Shown here: one piece after another, positions 48,767-58,630 of the stretch
Position numbering within the stretch: position 1 is the first letter of the stretch
Layout: every line of letters begins with the position of its first letter
Origin: Spirosomataceae bacterium
GTDB taxonomy: Bacteria; Bacteroidota; Bacteroidia; Cytophagales; Spirosomataceae
Reading direction: 5' to 3'
DNA: 64,000 nt
Assembly (NCBI GenBank): GCA_046295175.1
Contig: JBKBNY010000004.1
Location: 35,765-99,764 of the forward strand
Translations under genes and position numbers: made by a program
Notes under the pieces: model-generated
Seen by the model: the letters and a program-made list of their open reading frames with translations, nothing else
What the model was told of the DNA's origin: nothing
Database searches by the model: none

Positions 48767-49350
48767 TTGAAAATATTAAATATTGGGAATACGAGTTTTT
48801 TTTGTGGCTCAACAGTCATCATTCACCATTTTGGGATAGTGTGATGATTATCGCAACACATCGTTTTACTTGGATTCCGCTATATATTCTCATAATTGTT
48901 TATATTTTTATTGAGAAAAAGAGCGAAGCATTTAATTTTAAAAATGGATTAAATCCAATTAAAGTTAAATTCTTACGTCTTGTTTATATAATTGCCTCAG
49001 TAGGTTTAGCGGATAGATTTACCTCGGGCTTTATGAAACCCTACTTTGAGCGACTTCGCCCCTGCCATGACCCAACAGTTAGTAATGTACTGCATTTGGT
49101 TGGTAACTGCGGTGGTCAATATGGTTTTGCGTCATCGCACGCATCAAATAGTTTTGCTTTGGCACTTTGCTTTTATCTACTTTACAGAAAAACCAATAAA
49201 TATTCTTGGGTTTTATTTATTTGGGCCGCTATTGTGAGTTATAGTAGAGTATATATTGGGGTTCACTACCCTACTGATATTTTGGTGGGGGCAATTGTTG
49301 GAATGTTGATTTCAATTGGAGGATTTATGTTATTTTCATACAAACGCTGA
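48763..49350 (+). CDS. PAP2-family phosphatase (membrane)
   Basis: 195 aa with KPYFERLRP, SSHASN and SRVYIGVHYPTD acid-phosphatase motifs. It overlaps trpS by ATGA. Confidence 0.8.
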   Translation: MIENIKYWEYEFFLWLNSHHSPFWDSVMIIATHRFTWIPLYILIIVYIFIEKKSEAFNFKNGLNPIKVKFLRLVYIIASVGLADRFTSGFMKPYFERLRPCHDPTVSNVLHLVGNCGGQYGFASSHASNSFALALCFYLLYRKTNKYSWVLFIWAAIVSYSRVYIGVHYPTDILVGAIVGMLISIGGFMLFSYKR

Positions 49351-49371
49351 CGGTTTTAGCCGTCAGCGTTT
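49342..49371. terminator. 12-bp-stem terminator spanning the PAP2 stop codon
   Basis: AAACGCTGACGG (49342-49353) pairs with CCGTCAGCGTTT (49360-49371). Confidence 0.65.
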
Positions 49372-49386
49372 GAGATATTCGGTCAA

Positions 49387-52300
49387 TTACAAACTCGGAC
49401 GTTTTTTAGGCTGATTTAGATTAATGGCTGGAATCTGATTTTCGCTCACCATTTTATTAAATGCAGGTACATCTTCATCAACAATCTTCTTCAATTTATT
49501 AGATGTTGCATCAATTTTTCCACTTAAATCATTGTAAACATCGTAAGATGCTTTCGTAGGTTTTGAGTCAGAACTCGAAACAACACTTGCAACACCAGCG
49601 ATTTTGTCGTTTAGTCTAATTGGATAAGCTAACAAATCTTGAGTTGCTTTTGCCTTATTTTGCATAATAGCTTGCTCCAAATCTTCTAAATTTTTAAGCA
49701 TCGGCTTAGTGATTTTCTGGAACTTAGAAATCAAAGTGGTGTCTTTGACCGTGTTCATGTATTCGTTTACTGATTTACGAATCTGACGAATTTGATTGAT
49801 GCTTTTGTGGGTTTCATCCAATTTTGTATGAATCTTCATCAACAAATCAAATTGTTCTTTAAATTCGGCATCGGTTGTCTCAACGCGTGGGTCTTTTCTG
49901 ATTTCAGCAACTTCTTCTTTAACAATATCTTTACCAACAATCAATCTAACTTTATAATTTCCTGGCACAACTTTAGGTCCTACTGTATTCCCAGCCCACA
50001 TCGGAGCTCTTTCACCCTGAATCTCGGTTGCGTCGGCATAACGCATATTCCAAACAAAACGATTAAACCCTGCATCTGTCGAAACACTATTTGGTCGTTG
50101 CATTTTAGGGTCTTCATAAAAATCTTTAGAAACCTTAAATGGCTCACCTTTTAAGTCTTTTTGGCTTGAATACGTAATGATTGTATCGTTATTCATTGTC
50201 AAAAACTGCAATCTTACCTCTTGTTTTGGTTTTTCTTTGAAATAATAATTTACCAAAACACCATTAGGAGCATTCTGTCCTTCATCGGTCGGAACTCCTC
50301 TTCTACCACCATCACCACCTTCCATACGGTACGAATGACGTGGTTTGAATAAATGAACCTGAACATCACTATTCGACAATTTATCTTTGATTTCGTGCAA
50401 AGGAGTAATATCATCCAAAATCCAGAAAGACAAACCATGCGTTGCTACAACTAAGTCTTTTTCTCTTTGATGAATTTGCAAATCACGAATTGGAGTAATT
50501 GGTAAATTGAGATTTAAAGAATTCCAAGTTTCACCATCATCAAAAGAAACGTAAATTCCTCGTTCTGTACCAGCATAAAGCAACCCTGCTTTATTAGGGT
50601 CTTCTCTCACAACACGAGTATATTCATCATCTGGAATACCTTTTGAGATATTTGTCCAAGTTTTACCATAATCGGTTGTTTTGAATAAATATGGTTTTCT
50701 ATCGCCAAACATGTAGCGAGTTGCGGCCAAATATGCTTTTCCTTTTTCAAAATCTGAAGGATGAATCATCGACATCAAAGCAAAATCTCCCAATTGAGAA
50801 GTTGGCAATGAGATATTTGTCCAATTTTTTCCATTATCACGAGTAACGTGCAAATAACCATCATCAGAGCCTGCCCAAATATTCCCTTTTTCGAGTTTTG
50901 ATTCTGCCAAAGTGAAAATTGTCGCATAAATCTCAGCACCAGTTTGGTCGAGGGTGATTGGTCCACCAGTTGCTCCAGTAGTCTTAGGGTCATTACGAGT
51001 CAAATCTGGACTGATAATTTCCCAAGAGTGGCCTTCGTCATGGCTTACATGTACATATTGCGATGTACAATACAAACGGGTATCATCATGTGGTGAGAAT
51101 AAAATTGGATAAGTCCACTGAAAACGATATTTCTTTTCAGCCGAAGTATGACCCATATTATTTTCTGGATAAACCATGATATTCTGCTCTTGACCGTTTT
51201 CGGCATTCTGTTTTGTTAAGAAACCATCATACGAGCCACCAAATGTGATTTTTGAATTTTTTGGGTGAATAGCAATGTAACCCGACTCTCCACCAGCAAC
51301 CGAATACCAGTCGCGAACTCCAATCGAAAATCCATTGGTGCGGCTTGCAATTCTCACCGTAGAGTTATCTTGCTGAGAGCCGTAAACATTGTAAGGAAAA
51401 TCGTTATCGACATGAACATGGTAAAATTGTGCTGTCGGAATATCAATATCTGAGAAAGTAAAGCCGTCATTAAACGTTACTTCTCCGCCACCATCATCAC
51501 CAATAATGTAATTGTTAGGATTATTGGGGTTAATCCAAACATCGTGGGTATCGCCATGATGAACATTGATTCGACGGATTGTTTTACCACCATCATACGA
51601 CCTAAATGCATTAACATTCAAAATAATTACTCCATTTTCATTTTTAGGGTCGGCCTGCAAGTTCATATAATACCATGGGCGTTGCCACAAGTTCTTGTCA
51701 TCATTCACCAATTGCCACGATTCTCCTCCATTGTATGAAGTATAAAGACCACCTTTGGCGTTCTCAATCATTGCATACAAACGATTTGAGTTGGCAGGCG
51801 AAACCGCAATACCAATCTTGCCCAAAAGTCCTTTTGGCATTCCGGGTTTTTCGTTAAGACTTTGCCAAGTATCGCCCCCATCGGTCGATTTGTAAAGCCC
51901 ACAACCCTTACCTCCACTACTCATTGAGTGACCGTTGCGGTAGGCTTGCCACATAGTAGCATACAAAACACGCGGATTATTTGGGTCGATTCTCACATGA
52001 TATGCACCAGTGCTATCATTTTTTGCTAAAATATGTTCCCAAGTTTTACCACCATCTTTGCTTCTGAAAACGCCACGCTCTTTATTAGGAGCAAAAGGAT
52101 TCCCAACCGCAGCGACATAAACCAAATTATGGTCGGTTGGATGCACCTCAATTGTAGCAATTGCATCAGCTTTTGGCAAACCAATAAACTTCCAAGATTT
52201 ACCAGCATCTGTCGATTTGTAAACACCATCGCCATAACTGATATTACTTCTCATGTCGGCTTCTCCCATACCTACATAAATAACGTTGGGGTCAGACGGA

Positions 52301-52644
52301 GCAACGGCAATAGCACCTACTGAACTGGATTTAAAAGTACTGTCGCTGGTATAAAACCAGTTCTGACCTCCATCAACTGTTTTCCAGATACCGCCGCCTA
52401 CTGCTCCAAAATAATAAGTGAGTGGTTGGTCTTTGTGACCTGCCACTGCGAGCGAACGCCCTGCTCTAAAAGGGCCGATGTTTCGCCACTGGAGTTTATT
52501 AAAAAGGTTTGGATTAACTTTGGCACTCGGAGTTGAAATAACGGGAGTTTGATTGATAGAAGGATTTGAGCCTTTCTTTCGCTGTTGTGCATTAATCGAT
52601 AACGCAATGCCGCAAGCGAGTAGGCAAAGAAAAAATCGTTTCAT
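49387..52644 (-). CDS. Secreted BNR/Asp-box repeat protein (sortilin/VPS10-like double propeller)
   Basis: 1085 aa with a signal peptide. About ten SxDxGxTW Asp-boxes are present (STDAGKSW, SKDGGKTW, STDGGDTW, TTDYGKTW, SFDDGETW ...). Confidence 0.75.
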   Translation of the reverse strand: MKRFFLCLLACGIALSINAQQRKKGSNPSINQTPVISTPSAKVNPNLFNKLQWRNIGPFRAGRSLAVAGHKDQPLTYYFGAVGGGIWKTVDGGQNWFYTSDSTFKSSSVGAIAVAPSDPNVIYVGMGEADMRSNISYGDGVYKSTDAGKSWKFIGLPKADAIATIEVHPTDHNLVYVAAVGNPFAPNKERGVFRSKDGGKTWEHILAKNDSTGAYHVRIDPNNPRVLYATMWQAYRNGHSMSSGGKGCGLYKSTDGGDTWQSLNEKPGMPKGLLGKIGIAVSPANSNRLYAMIENAKGGLYTSYNGGESWQLVNDDKNLWQRPWYYMNLQADPKNENGVIILNVNAFRSYDGGKTIRRINVHHGDTHDVWINPNNPNNYIIGDDGGGEVTFNDGFTFSDIDIPTAQFYHVHVDNDFPYNVYGSQQDNSTVRIASRTNGFSIGVRDWYSVAGGESGYIAIHPKNSKITFGGSYDGFLTKQNAENGQEQNIMVYPENNMGHTSAEKKYRFQWTYPILFSPHDDTRLYCTSQYVHVSHDEGHSWEIISPDLTRNDPKTTGATGGPITLDQTGAEIYATIFTLAESKLEKGNIWAGSDDGYLHVTRDNGKNWTNISLPTSQLGDFALMSMIHPSDFEKGKAYLAATRYMFGDRKPYLFKTTDYGKTWTNISKGIPDDEYTRVVREDPNKAGLLYAGTERGIYVSFDDGETWNSLNLNLPITPIRDLQIHQREKDLVVATHGLSFWILDDITPLHEIKDKLSNSDVQVHLFKPRHSYRMEGGDGGRRGVPTDEGQNAPNGVLVNYYFKEKPKQEVRLQFLTMNNDTIITYSSQKDLKGEPFKVSKDFYEDPKMQRPNSVSTDAGFNRFVWNMRYADATEIQGERAPMWAGNTVGPKVVPGNYKVRLIVGKDIVKEEVAEIRKDPRVETTDAEFKEQFDLLMKIHTKLDETHKSINQIRQIRKSVNEYMNTVKDTTLISKFQKITKPMLKNLEDLEQAIMQNKAKATQDLLAYPIRLNDKIAGVASVVSSSDSKPTKASYDVYNDLSGKIDATSNKLKKIVDEDVPAFNKMVSENQIPAINLNQPKKRPSL

Positions 52645-52681
52645 GTTTATATTAATAGTTTAGAGGTACGAAGTGTACACA

Positions 52682-52689
52682 CAAATATA
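52682..52689 (-). promoter_or_regulatory. -7 promoter box (TATATTTG on the minus strand)
   Basis: The reverse complement of CAAATATA matches TAnnTTTG, 38 nt upstream of the ATG at 52644. Confidence 0.4.
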
Positions 52690-52827
52690 GAATTTATTTG
52701 TGGTGCAAGAGTAAAAAATGGCGATTTAGTGGTTAAAAATTTCACACTGAAAAACCCTTTAAATAAAATTTAAAAAAATGATTGGAATTTGTCAGTCTAA
52801 TTAGCAAATTTCGACAAAAAATACACT

Positions 52828-53373
52828 TTGCTCAAACCCGAAACCAATAAAAAAACTCCTTTTTTACTCCAAAAGTCTTTGGTGTGGTTTCTGTTTTGTC
52901 TTTTTATTTTCAATAACTTCATTTCTTTTCTCTTCCTTGAATCCCAGATTATCATTGCTCGAAAAGAAGTAAAAGAGAAGATAATTTCCAAAATCCCGAA
53001 AAATCATTTGGTTGAAATCATTAAACCATTGGGTTTTGATGAACATGAGTTTGAACTCGACGGAATCATGTATGACGTGGTTGAGAAGAAAGAATCTGAT
53101 GGACAATTGGTTTTGCTCTGTTTTGCCGATTTGAATGAAACCGAGCTCAATCACAAATTAGATAAGCAAATTGAAAAGAATTTAGATAGTAATCCGATAA
53201 AAAATGGTAAGGATAAAAAAATCATTGATTATGTGAAGGTAATTTATGATGAGGTGTTTTTTGAAAACATTTCATTTTTAAGTTATCAATCTGCAACAAA
53301 ATCAAATTTTAAATATCATCAATTCAGCAGTGAGGTTTCGATAAATACGCCTTCACCTCCTCCCAAATGTTAA
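52828..53373 (+). CDS. Hypothetical membrane-anchored protein upstream of the TonB-dependent receptor
   Basis: 181 aa with one TM helix (VWFLFCLFIFNNFISFLFL). The only available start is TTG, so the start is uncertain. No family recognised. Confidence 0.35.
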   Translation: MLKPETNKKTPFLLQKSLVWFLFCLFIFNNFISFLFLESQIIIARKEVKEKIISKIPKNHLVEIIKPLGFDEHEFELDGIMYDVVEKKESDGQLVLLCFADLNETELNHKLDKQIEKNLDSNPIKNGKDKKIIDYVKVIYDEVFFENISFLSYQSATKSNFKYHQFSSEVSINTPSPPPKC

Positions 53374-53454
53374 TCATTAAATAGTTTGTTACCTCGACGA
53401 GTTGATTGAAATAATCATCTCGAAGTATTTGTTTATACACTATTTAAATGATTT

Positions 53455-55632
53455 ATGATGAAGTATTTCCTCTACTTTATAACAATATTTAGTGTTCAAA
53501 TTGCTAATGCTCAAACCGATTCGACAGAGCGAAACCTCAATCTGAATGAAGTGGTGGTTTCGAGCAACAAATTTGAACAACTTCGTAAAGAATCACCCAA
53601 TCAGATTGAGTTGATTTCAAAAAAACAAATTGCATTTCAGAATGCAGTTAATACCGCAAATTTGCTCGAACAATCGGGTAATGTGTTTGTTCAACGCAGC
53701 CAATCAGGTGGTGGAAGCCCAGTTTTGAGAGGATTTGAAGCAAGTCGTGTATTAATTGTGATTGATGGAATCAGAATGAACAATGCAATTTACCGAGCTG
53801 GGCACCTACAAAATGTATTAAGAATTGACCAAAGTATGCTCGAAAGAGCCGAAGTAATATTTGGGCCAAGTTCTGTACTTTATGGCAGCGATGCTTTAGG
53901 TGGCGTGATGCACTTCCGTTCGAGAAATCCTGAACTTAACAAAATTGGTGCAAATGCTTATGTAAGATATTCATCGGCAATTTCTGAAAAAACAGGACAT
54001 GTTGATTTGAATCTCGGTGGAAAAAGATTTGGCTCATTGACCAGTTTTACATTCTCAGATTTTGGAGATGTTATTCAAGGAGCAAATCGCTCAGAAAAAT
54101 ATCCAGATTTCGGCAAAAGACCATTTTATGTAGAAAGACAAGGCGATAAAGATGTTTCGATTGCTAATTCTAATGTAAATAAGCAAGTTGGAAGTGAATA
54201 TAAACAATATGATTTCTTGCAAAAATTTACTTACCAAGCATCAGACAAAGTAAAACACATTTTGAATCTTCAATATTCAAATACGACGGATGTTCCGCGT
54301 TATGACCGATTGACCGAAGTACGAAACAACGCACCACGTTTTGCTGAATGGTATTATGGTCCTGAAAAAAGATTAATGGCAGCGTATCAGTTAGAATTGA
54401 AAGGCTCATCTGCCTACGATAAAGCATTTATATCGGCTGCTTATCAAGACATCGAAGAGAGTCGAATTTCAAGGAGTTTCAATAATGTAAATCGCAAAAG
54501 CCAGTTTGAACACGTTAAAGTTTATTCATTAAATGCCGATTTCCAGAAGTCTGTCAATAAAAACACGTTCAATTATGGTTTAGAAGTGGTATCTAATGAT
54601 GTGAATTCGACCGCGATATTTACAACAATCACAACCGGAGCAGAACGTAAGGCTGATACACGATACCCAGACGGTCAAAACAAAATGAATACTTGGGCTG
54701 CTTATCTAACTGACAATTTTAAATTTTCTGATAAATTAATTGGTCAAATCGGTCTTAGATACAGCGGTTCGAGTCTTTCAGCCGAATTCATCGAAAAATC
54801 TTTTTTCCCATTTCCATTTAATTCTATCGAGCAGAAAAGTAATGCTCTAACAGGAAACTTAGGTTTAATTTTTAATCCAACCGATAAAACTAAGCTCAGC
54901 ATTTTAGGTTCTTCTGGTTATCGCACGCCCAATATTGACGATTTAGCAAAAGTTTTCGATTCGGTTTCTGGTACTTTGGTTGTACCAAATCCTGACATTA
55001 AACCTGAATATACTTACAACGGAGAAATTACTTTGAGTCAGAAAATTGGTGATAGAATCAGAATCGAAGGAACATATTTTTACACCAAGTTCCAGAATGC
55101 AATTGTGGTTGATGCATTTACACTCAACGGACAAAGTACTGTAAGTTACAATGGAGTTCAGAGCAAGGTAATGGCTTCGCAAAACAAAGCAAAAGCAACC
55201 GTAAACGGATGGAATATCAACTTTTATGCAAATTTAATGGATGGTTTGACACTTAGTAGCACATTAAACTCAACTCAGGGCATCATAAATGATGATAAAA
55301 AGACACCTTTAGACCATATTCCGCCGATGTTTGGCAGAACTGGACTCAAATATCAGAAAAAAGCTCTCCAAATTGAGGTATTTAGCATTTATAACGGCTG
55401 GAAAAATCTCAAAGATTACAGCCCAAGTGGCGAAGATAACCTCATATACGCAACAGCCGATGGCATGCCTTCGTGGTGGACTTTGAATTTAAGAACAGCG
55501 TATCAAGTGCAAAAAAATATTCAAATTCAAATGGCTTGTGAGAATATCCTCGATAGAAACTATCGAACTTTTGCTTCTGGGATTTCTTCTCCTGGACGCA
55601 ATTTCGTCATAACGCTTAGAGGAGGATTTTAA
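53455..55632 (+). CDS. TonB-dependent outer-membrane receptor
   Basis: 725 aa with a signal peptide, plug motifs (VVVSS.., RGFEASRVLIVIDGIRMNN) and a C-terminal ..ITLRGGF. Confidence 0.85.
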   Translation: MMKYFLYFITIFSVQIANAQTDSTERNLNLNEVVVSSNKFEQLRKESPNQIELISKKQIAFQNAVNTANLLEQSGNVFVQRSQSGGGSPVLRGFEASRVLIVIDGIRMNNAIYRAGHLQNVLRIDQSMLERAEVIFGPSSVLYGSDALGGVMHFRSRNPELNKIGANAYVRYSSAISEKTGHVDLNLGGKRFGSLTSFTFSDFGDVIQGANRSEKYPDFGKRPFYVERQGDKDVSIANSNVNKQVGSEYKQYDFLQKFTYQASDKVKHILNLQYSNTTDVPRYDRLTEVRNNAPRFAEWYYGPEKRLMAAYQLELKGSSAYDKAFISAAYQDIEESRISRSFNNVNRKSQFEHVKVYSLNADFQKSVNKNTFNYGLEVVSNDVNSTAIFTTITTGAERKADTRYPDGQNKMNTWAAYLTDNFKFSDKLIGQIGLRYSGSSLSAEFIEKSFFPFPFNSIEQKSNALTGNLGLIFNPTDKTKLSILGSSGYRTPNIDDLAKVFDSVSGTLVVPNPDIKPEYTYNGEITLSQKIGDRIRIEGTYFYTKFQNAIVVDAFTLNGQSTVSYNGVQSKVMASQNKAKATVNGWNINFYANLMDGLTLSSTLNSTQGIINDDKKTPLDHIPPMFGRTGLKYQKKALQIEVFSIYNGWKNLKDYSPSGEDNLIYATADGMPSWWTLNLRTAYQVQKNIQIQMACENILDRNYRTFASGISSPGRNFVITLRGGF

Positions 55633-55637
55633 CTTCT

Positions 55638-55677
55638 AAACCCACCAACCTAAAAAGGTTTTGGGTTGGTGGGTTTA
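55638..55677 (+). terminator. Intrinsic terminator after the receptor gene
   Basis: AAACCCACCAACC (55638-55650) pairs with GGTTGGTGGGTTT (55664-55676). Confidence 0.7.
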
Positions 55678-55879
55678 GTTAACTCATTATCAATACTTTA
55701 GATAATGCCAATACGTTTCATCTGAAAATATTATTTGAAAAAACAAAAAATCCACAGCGTTTAGAAACTTACGTTCGTCTTGATAATTAAATGAAACCAA
55801 AGAAAATTGTGATACAACCAATTCAGTTTTAATTTAATTATCAAATAAAATTTTTAGGTTAAGCAAAAATACTCACGGT

Positions 55880-56422
55880 TTGTCATCACTACGAAATATT
55901 TCGCAGGTAGTAGAGGATTGTATTCAAGGAAAAGAAAGTGCCATGAAAGCATTTTATGAGCATTTTCATGGATTTGCTTTGGGTGTTTGCATGAGTTATG
56001 CCGAAAATCGCGACGATGCTTTGGAGATGATGAATGACGGTTTCCTTAAAATTTTTAAAAATCTACACAAAGTCGAGAATCTTGAAACCATTAAGGCTTG
56101 GATAAGAAGAGTCATGGTGAATATAGCCATCGACTACCATAGAAGAAACGTAAAAAGACAGTCAACACCATTGACCGAAAATGAAGTTAGCCACGATTAT
56201 GGCGATGAAAATATTTATGCCGTGCTATCTTCAGAAGATATTATTGAAGCTATTCAAAGACTCCCTCAAACCTACCGAACTGTATTTAATCTTTACGTTA
56301 TCGAAGGATACTCGCATAAAGAAATCGGCGATTTATTGAACGTTGCCGAAAGTACCTCGCGTGCTCATCTCTCGGTTGCAAACTCAATGTTGCGGAAGTA
56401 CTTGAATAAATTGATGAATTGA
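55880..56422 (+). CDS. ECF-type RNA polymerase sigma-70 factor (TTG start)
   Basis: 180 aa. Region 2 (FYEHFHGFALGVCMSY.., WIRRVMVNIAIDYHRR) and region 4 (YRTVFNLYVIEGYSHKEIGDLLNVAESTSRAHL) are present. Conserved region 2 begins before the first ATG, so TTG at 55880 is the plausible start. Confidence 0.85.
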   Translation: MSSLRNISQVVEDCIQGKESAMKAFYEHFHGFALGVCMSYAENRDDALEMMNDGFLKIFKNLHKVENLETIKAWIRRVMVNIAIDYHRRNVKRQSTPLTENEVSHDYGDENIYAVLSSEDIIEAIQRLPQTYRTVFNLYVIEGYSHKEIGDLLNVAESTSRAHLSVANSMLRKYLNKLMN

Positions 56423-56423
56423 C

Positions 56424-57647
56424 ATGAAAGACAACGAACAGTTACATAAAATCATAAAATCAAAGCTTGAGTCGTATCAACCGCCTTTTGAAGACTCCGA
56501 TTGGCAAGTGATGCAAAAACGGCTCAAACAAGACAATTTTTATTCAAACCTCAAAATTGCCTCAGTGTTAGCAGGTTTAGCGGCTATTTTTTTCGTCGGA
56601 ATTACATTCAACAACAAAAAAACAGATAGTGAAAGCATACAAACAAAAGTTCAAACTTCATCAAAAGATTACCTAACAACAAACAAACCAATTAAAGACA
56701 AACCTAAAGATGAAACAAAAACTACCGTCCACACAACTAAAAGTATTAAATCTGTTCAAGTAGTTGAGCAGCAGACACCAGTCGAAAATCCAAATCCAAT
56801 ACCTCCACAAAACGAACTAACAGTAGCAGAACCAGAACCAATTGATGTTGAAGTAGATAAAATCAAAAGCCCAAAAATTGAGTTTAGTAGTCAATACCAA
56901 AAGGCTTTGGCCGAAAGAGAAATCAGGTTTTTGGCGGCAAATGCGACATCGATGAGCGATAAAATCTCAAAAGTAAGAGCATTGGGTCGTACTTTTGAAT
57001 TGACCACTTACCAAGCATTAGACCGCAACATTGACAAATGGAAGAATATCGTAATCGTTTGCGATATAACTTCAAGTATGTTTGTTTATACGACTCAGCT
57101 TTTTGATTGGATGTCGGAAAACAAAGAAAATACGACTATTAAAGGAATCGTATTTTTTACTGATTGTGATAGTCTCGGCAATCAGAAAAAAGGTAGAATG
57201 CCAGCTAAAATGTTTTCGGTTCGTGATAAAAACGAAGACATGCTTTGGAACACCATGTTTTCGGCAATTAACAATTCTGAAAATAATAAAGACAAACCTG
57301 AGAATAACCTTGAAGCCGCACTATATGCCATCAATAATTTTAAGGATATTGACGAAGTGGTAATGATTGCCGATAACAGCAGTCCAGTAAAAGACATCGA
57401 CTTGCTTTCAAAGGTTAAAAAGCCGATTCACTTGATATTATGCGGTGAAACCTACAATCGAAAATTGGCATTTCAGGAAGACTATCTCAAAATTGCAAAA
57501 AAAACAAAAGGCTCGATTCATACCCTCGAAGACGATATTCAGGATGTAACCAAAATCAAAAACAAAACTATTGTTAGGGTAGGCAACATTTATTTCAGAT
57601 ACGAAAAAGGGAAATTTAACCCAACTAAGTTTTTGACGAGACCTTAA
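56424..57647 (+). CDS. Anti-sigma-like single-pass membrane protein with a C-terminal vWA-like domain
   Basis: 407 aa, starting 1 nt after the sigma-factor stop. It has a short N-terminal cytoplasmic segment, a TM helix (IASVLAGLAAIFFVGITF), a Pro/Lys/Thr-rich linker, then VIVCDITSSM...VVMIADNSSP resembling vWA beta-strands and MIDAS. Confidence 0.5.
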   Translation: MKDNEQLHKIIKSKLESYQPPFEDSDWQVMQKRLKQDNFYSNLKIASVLAGLAAIFFVGITFNNKKTDSESIQTKVQTSSKDYLTTNKPIKDKPKDETKTTVHTTKSIKSVQVVEQQTPVENPNPIPPQNELTVAEPEPIDVEVDKIKSPKIEFSSQYQKALAEREIRFLAANATSMSDKISKVRALGRTFELTTYQALDRNIDKWKNIVIVCDITSSMFVYTTQLFDWMSENKENTTIKGIVFFTDCDSLGNQKKGRMPAKMFSVRDKNEDMLWNTMFSAINNSENNKDKPENNLEAALYAINNFKDIDEVVMIADNSSPVKDIDLLSKVKKPIHLILCGETYNRKLAFQEDYLKIAKKTKGSIHTLEDDIQDVTKIKNKTIVRVGNIYFRYEKGKFNPTKFLTRP

Positions 57648-57671
57648 CTAAACATACATATTTTATTTTTT

Positions 57672-57700
57672 AAAACCATCGAGTAAAACTCGATGGTTTT
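57672..57700 (+). terminator. Intrinsic terminator
   Basis: AAAACCATCGAG pairs with CTCGATGGTTTT. Confidence 0.7.
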
Positions 57701-57701
57701 G

Positions 57702-57709
57702 TATTTTTG
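57702..57709 (+). promoter_or_regulatory. -7 promoter box (TATTTTTG)
   Basis: Matches TAnnTTTG, 21 nt upstream of the ATG at 57730. Confidence 0.45.
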
Positions 57710-57729
57710 TACAAAACCAGAATAAAAAA

Positions 57730-58575
57730 ATGACAAAAAAAATTCTACTATTACTTAACTTATTACTGATAACTCTTGGTGCTTCGGCACAAATCAAGGT
57801 TATGACATTTAATATCCGATACGATACCTCAAACGATGGAATTAATCAATGGAGTAACCGAAAAGACAGAGTTGCAGAACTTATCAAGTACAACGAATCT
57901 GATTTTATAGGGATGCAAGAAGCCCTCATCAATCAAATCAAAGATTTACAAGAGAGACTACCAAATCATAAATGGATTGGCGTTGGGCGAGATGATGGAA
58001 AAGAAGAAGGTGAGTTTTCGCCAATTTTTTACAATAAAAATAAATTTGCATTGTTAAAAAGCAATACGTTTTGGTTGAGCGATAGTTGCGACAAAGTTGG
58101 TTTTGGATGGGATGCCGCTTGTCGAAGGGTTGTTACTTATGGTTTATTTAAGGAAATCAAAACTGGAAAAACTTTTTATGTTTTCAATACGCATTTCGAC
58201 CACAAAGGTCAAGTTGCTCGACGTGAAAGTGCGAAATTAGTACTAAGAAAGATTCAAGAAATCGCTGGTAAAAAAGCAAGTATTTTGACAGGGGACTTTA
58301 ATGCAACTCCAGAAGACGAACCAATCAAAATATTAGTTGATGAAACAAACCCTAATAAACTGATTGATTCAGAAAAAATCAGTAAAATGCCACACTTTGG
58401 GCCTTATGGAACATTCAACGGTTTCAAAGGTGAAGAAAACCCAAAAAGTCATATAGATTACATCTTCGTTAAAAATGGTGTCAAATGCCTAAAACATGCA
58501 ACCCATTCGGATGCTTGGGAAGGCCTTTATCCATCCGACCATTTTCCTGTAAGTGCCACTTTGGTTATTCCATAA
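57730..58575 (+). CDS. Endonuclease/exonuclease/phosphatase (EEP) family protein, secreted
   Basis: 281 aa with a signal peptide. Motifs: VMTFNIRY, GMQEA, NTHFDH, GDFN and PSDHFPV. Confidence 0.8.
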   Translation: MTKKILLLLNLLLITLGASAQIKVMTFNIRYDTSNDGINQWSNRKDRVAELIKYNESDFIGMQEALINQIKDLQERLPNHKWIGVGRDDGKEEGEFSPIFYNKNKFALLKSNTFWLSDSCDKVGFGWDAACRRVVTYGLFKEIKTGKTFYVFNTHFDHKGQVARRESAKLVLRKIQEIAGKKASILTGDFNATPEDEPIKILVDETNPNKLIDSEKISKMPHFGPYGTFNGFKGEENPKSHIDYIFVKNGVKCLKHATHSDAWEGLYPSDHFPVSATLVIP

Positions 58576-58578
58576 ATA

Positions 58579-58609
58579 AAAATCCCTCGAATTTCTTAGA
58601 GGGATTTTT
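58579..58609. terminator. Bidirectional terminator between convergent genes
   Basis: AAAATCCCTC (58579-58588) pairs with GAGGGATTTT (58599-58608). Confidence 0.7.
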
Positions 58610-58630
58610 ATAAAATTTGATACTAAATTA

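Noticed and set aside
52797-53154. Minus-strand ORFs 52797-52991 and 52864-53154
   Set aside because: They compete with the longer plus-strand 181-aa ORF, which has a plausible TM helix and operonic position. None is strongly supported, so I kept only the longest at low confidence.
53455-56422. TonB-dependent receptor plus ECF sigma as a FecIRA-type cell-surface signalling system
   Set aside because: The receptor lacks an N-terminal signalling (STN) extension. A strong terminator (55638-55677) and 200 bp separate it from the sigma gene, and the gene order is atypical.
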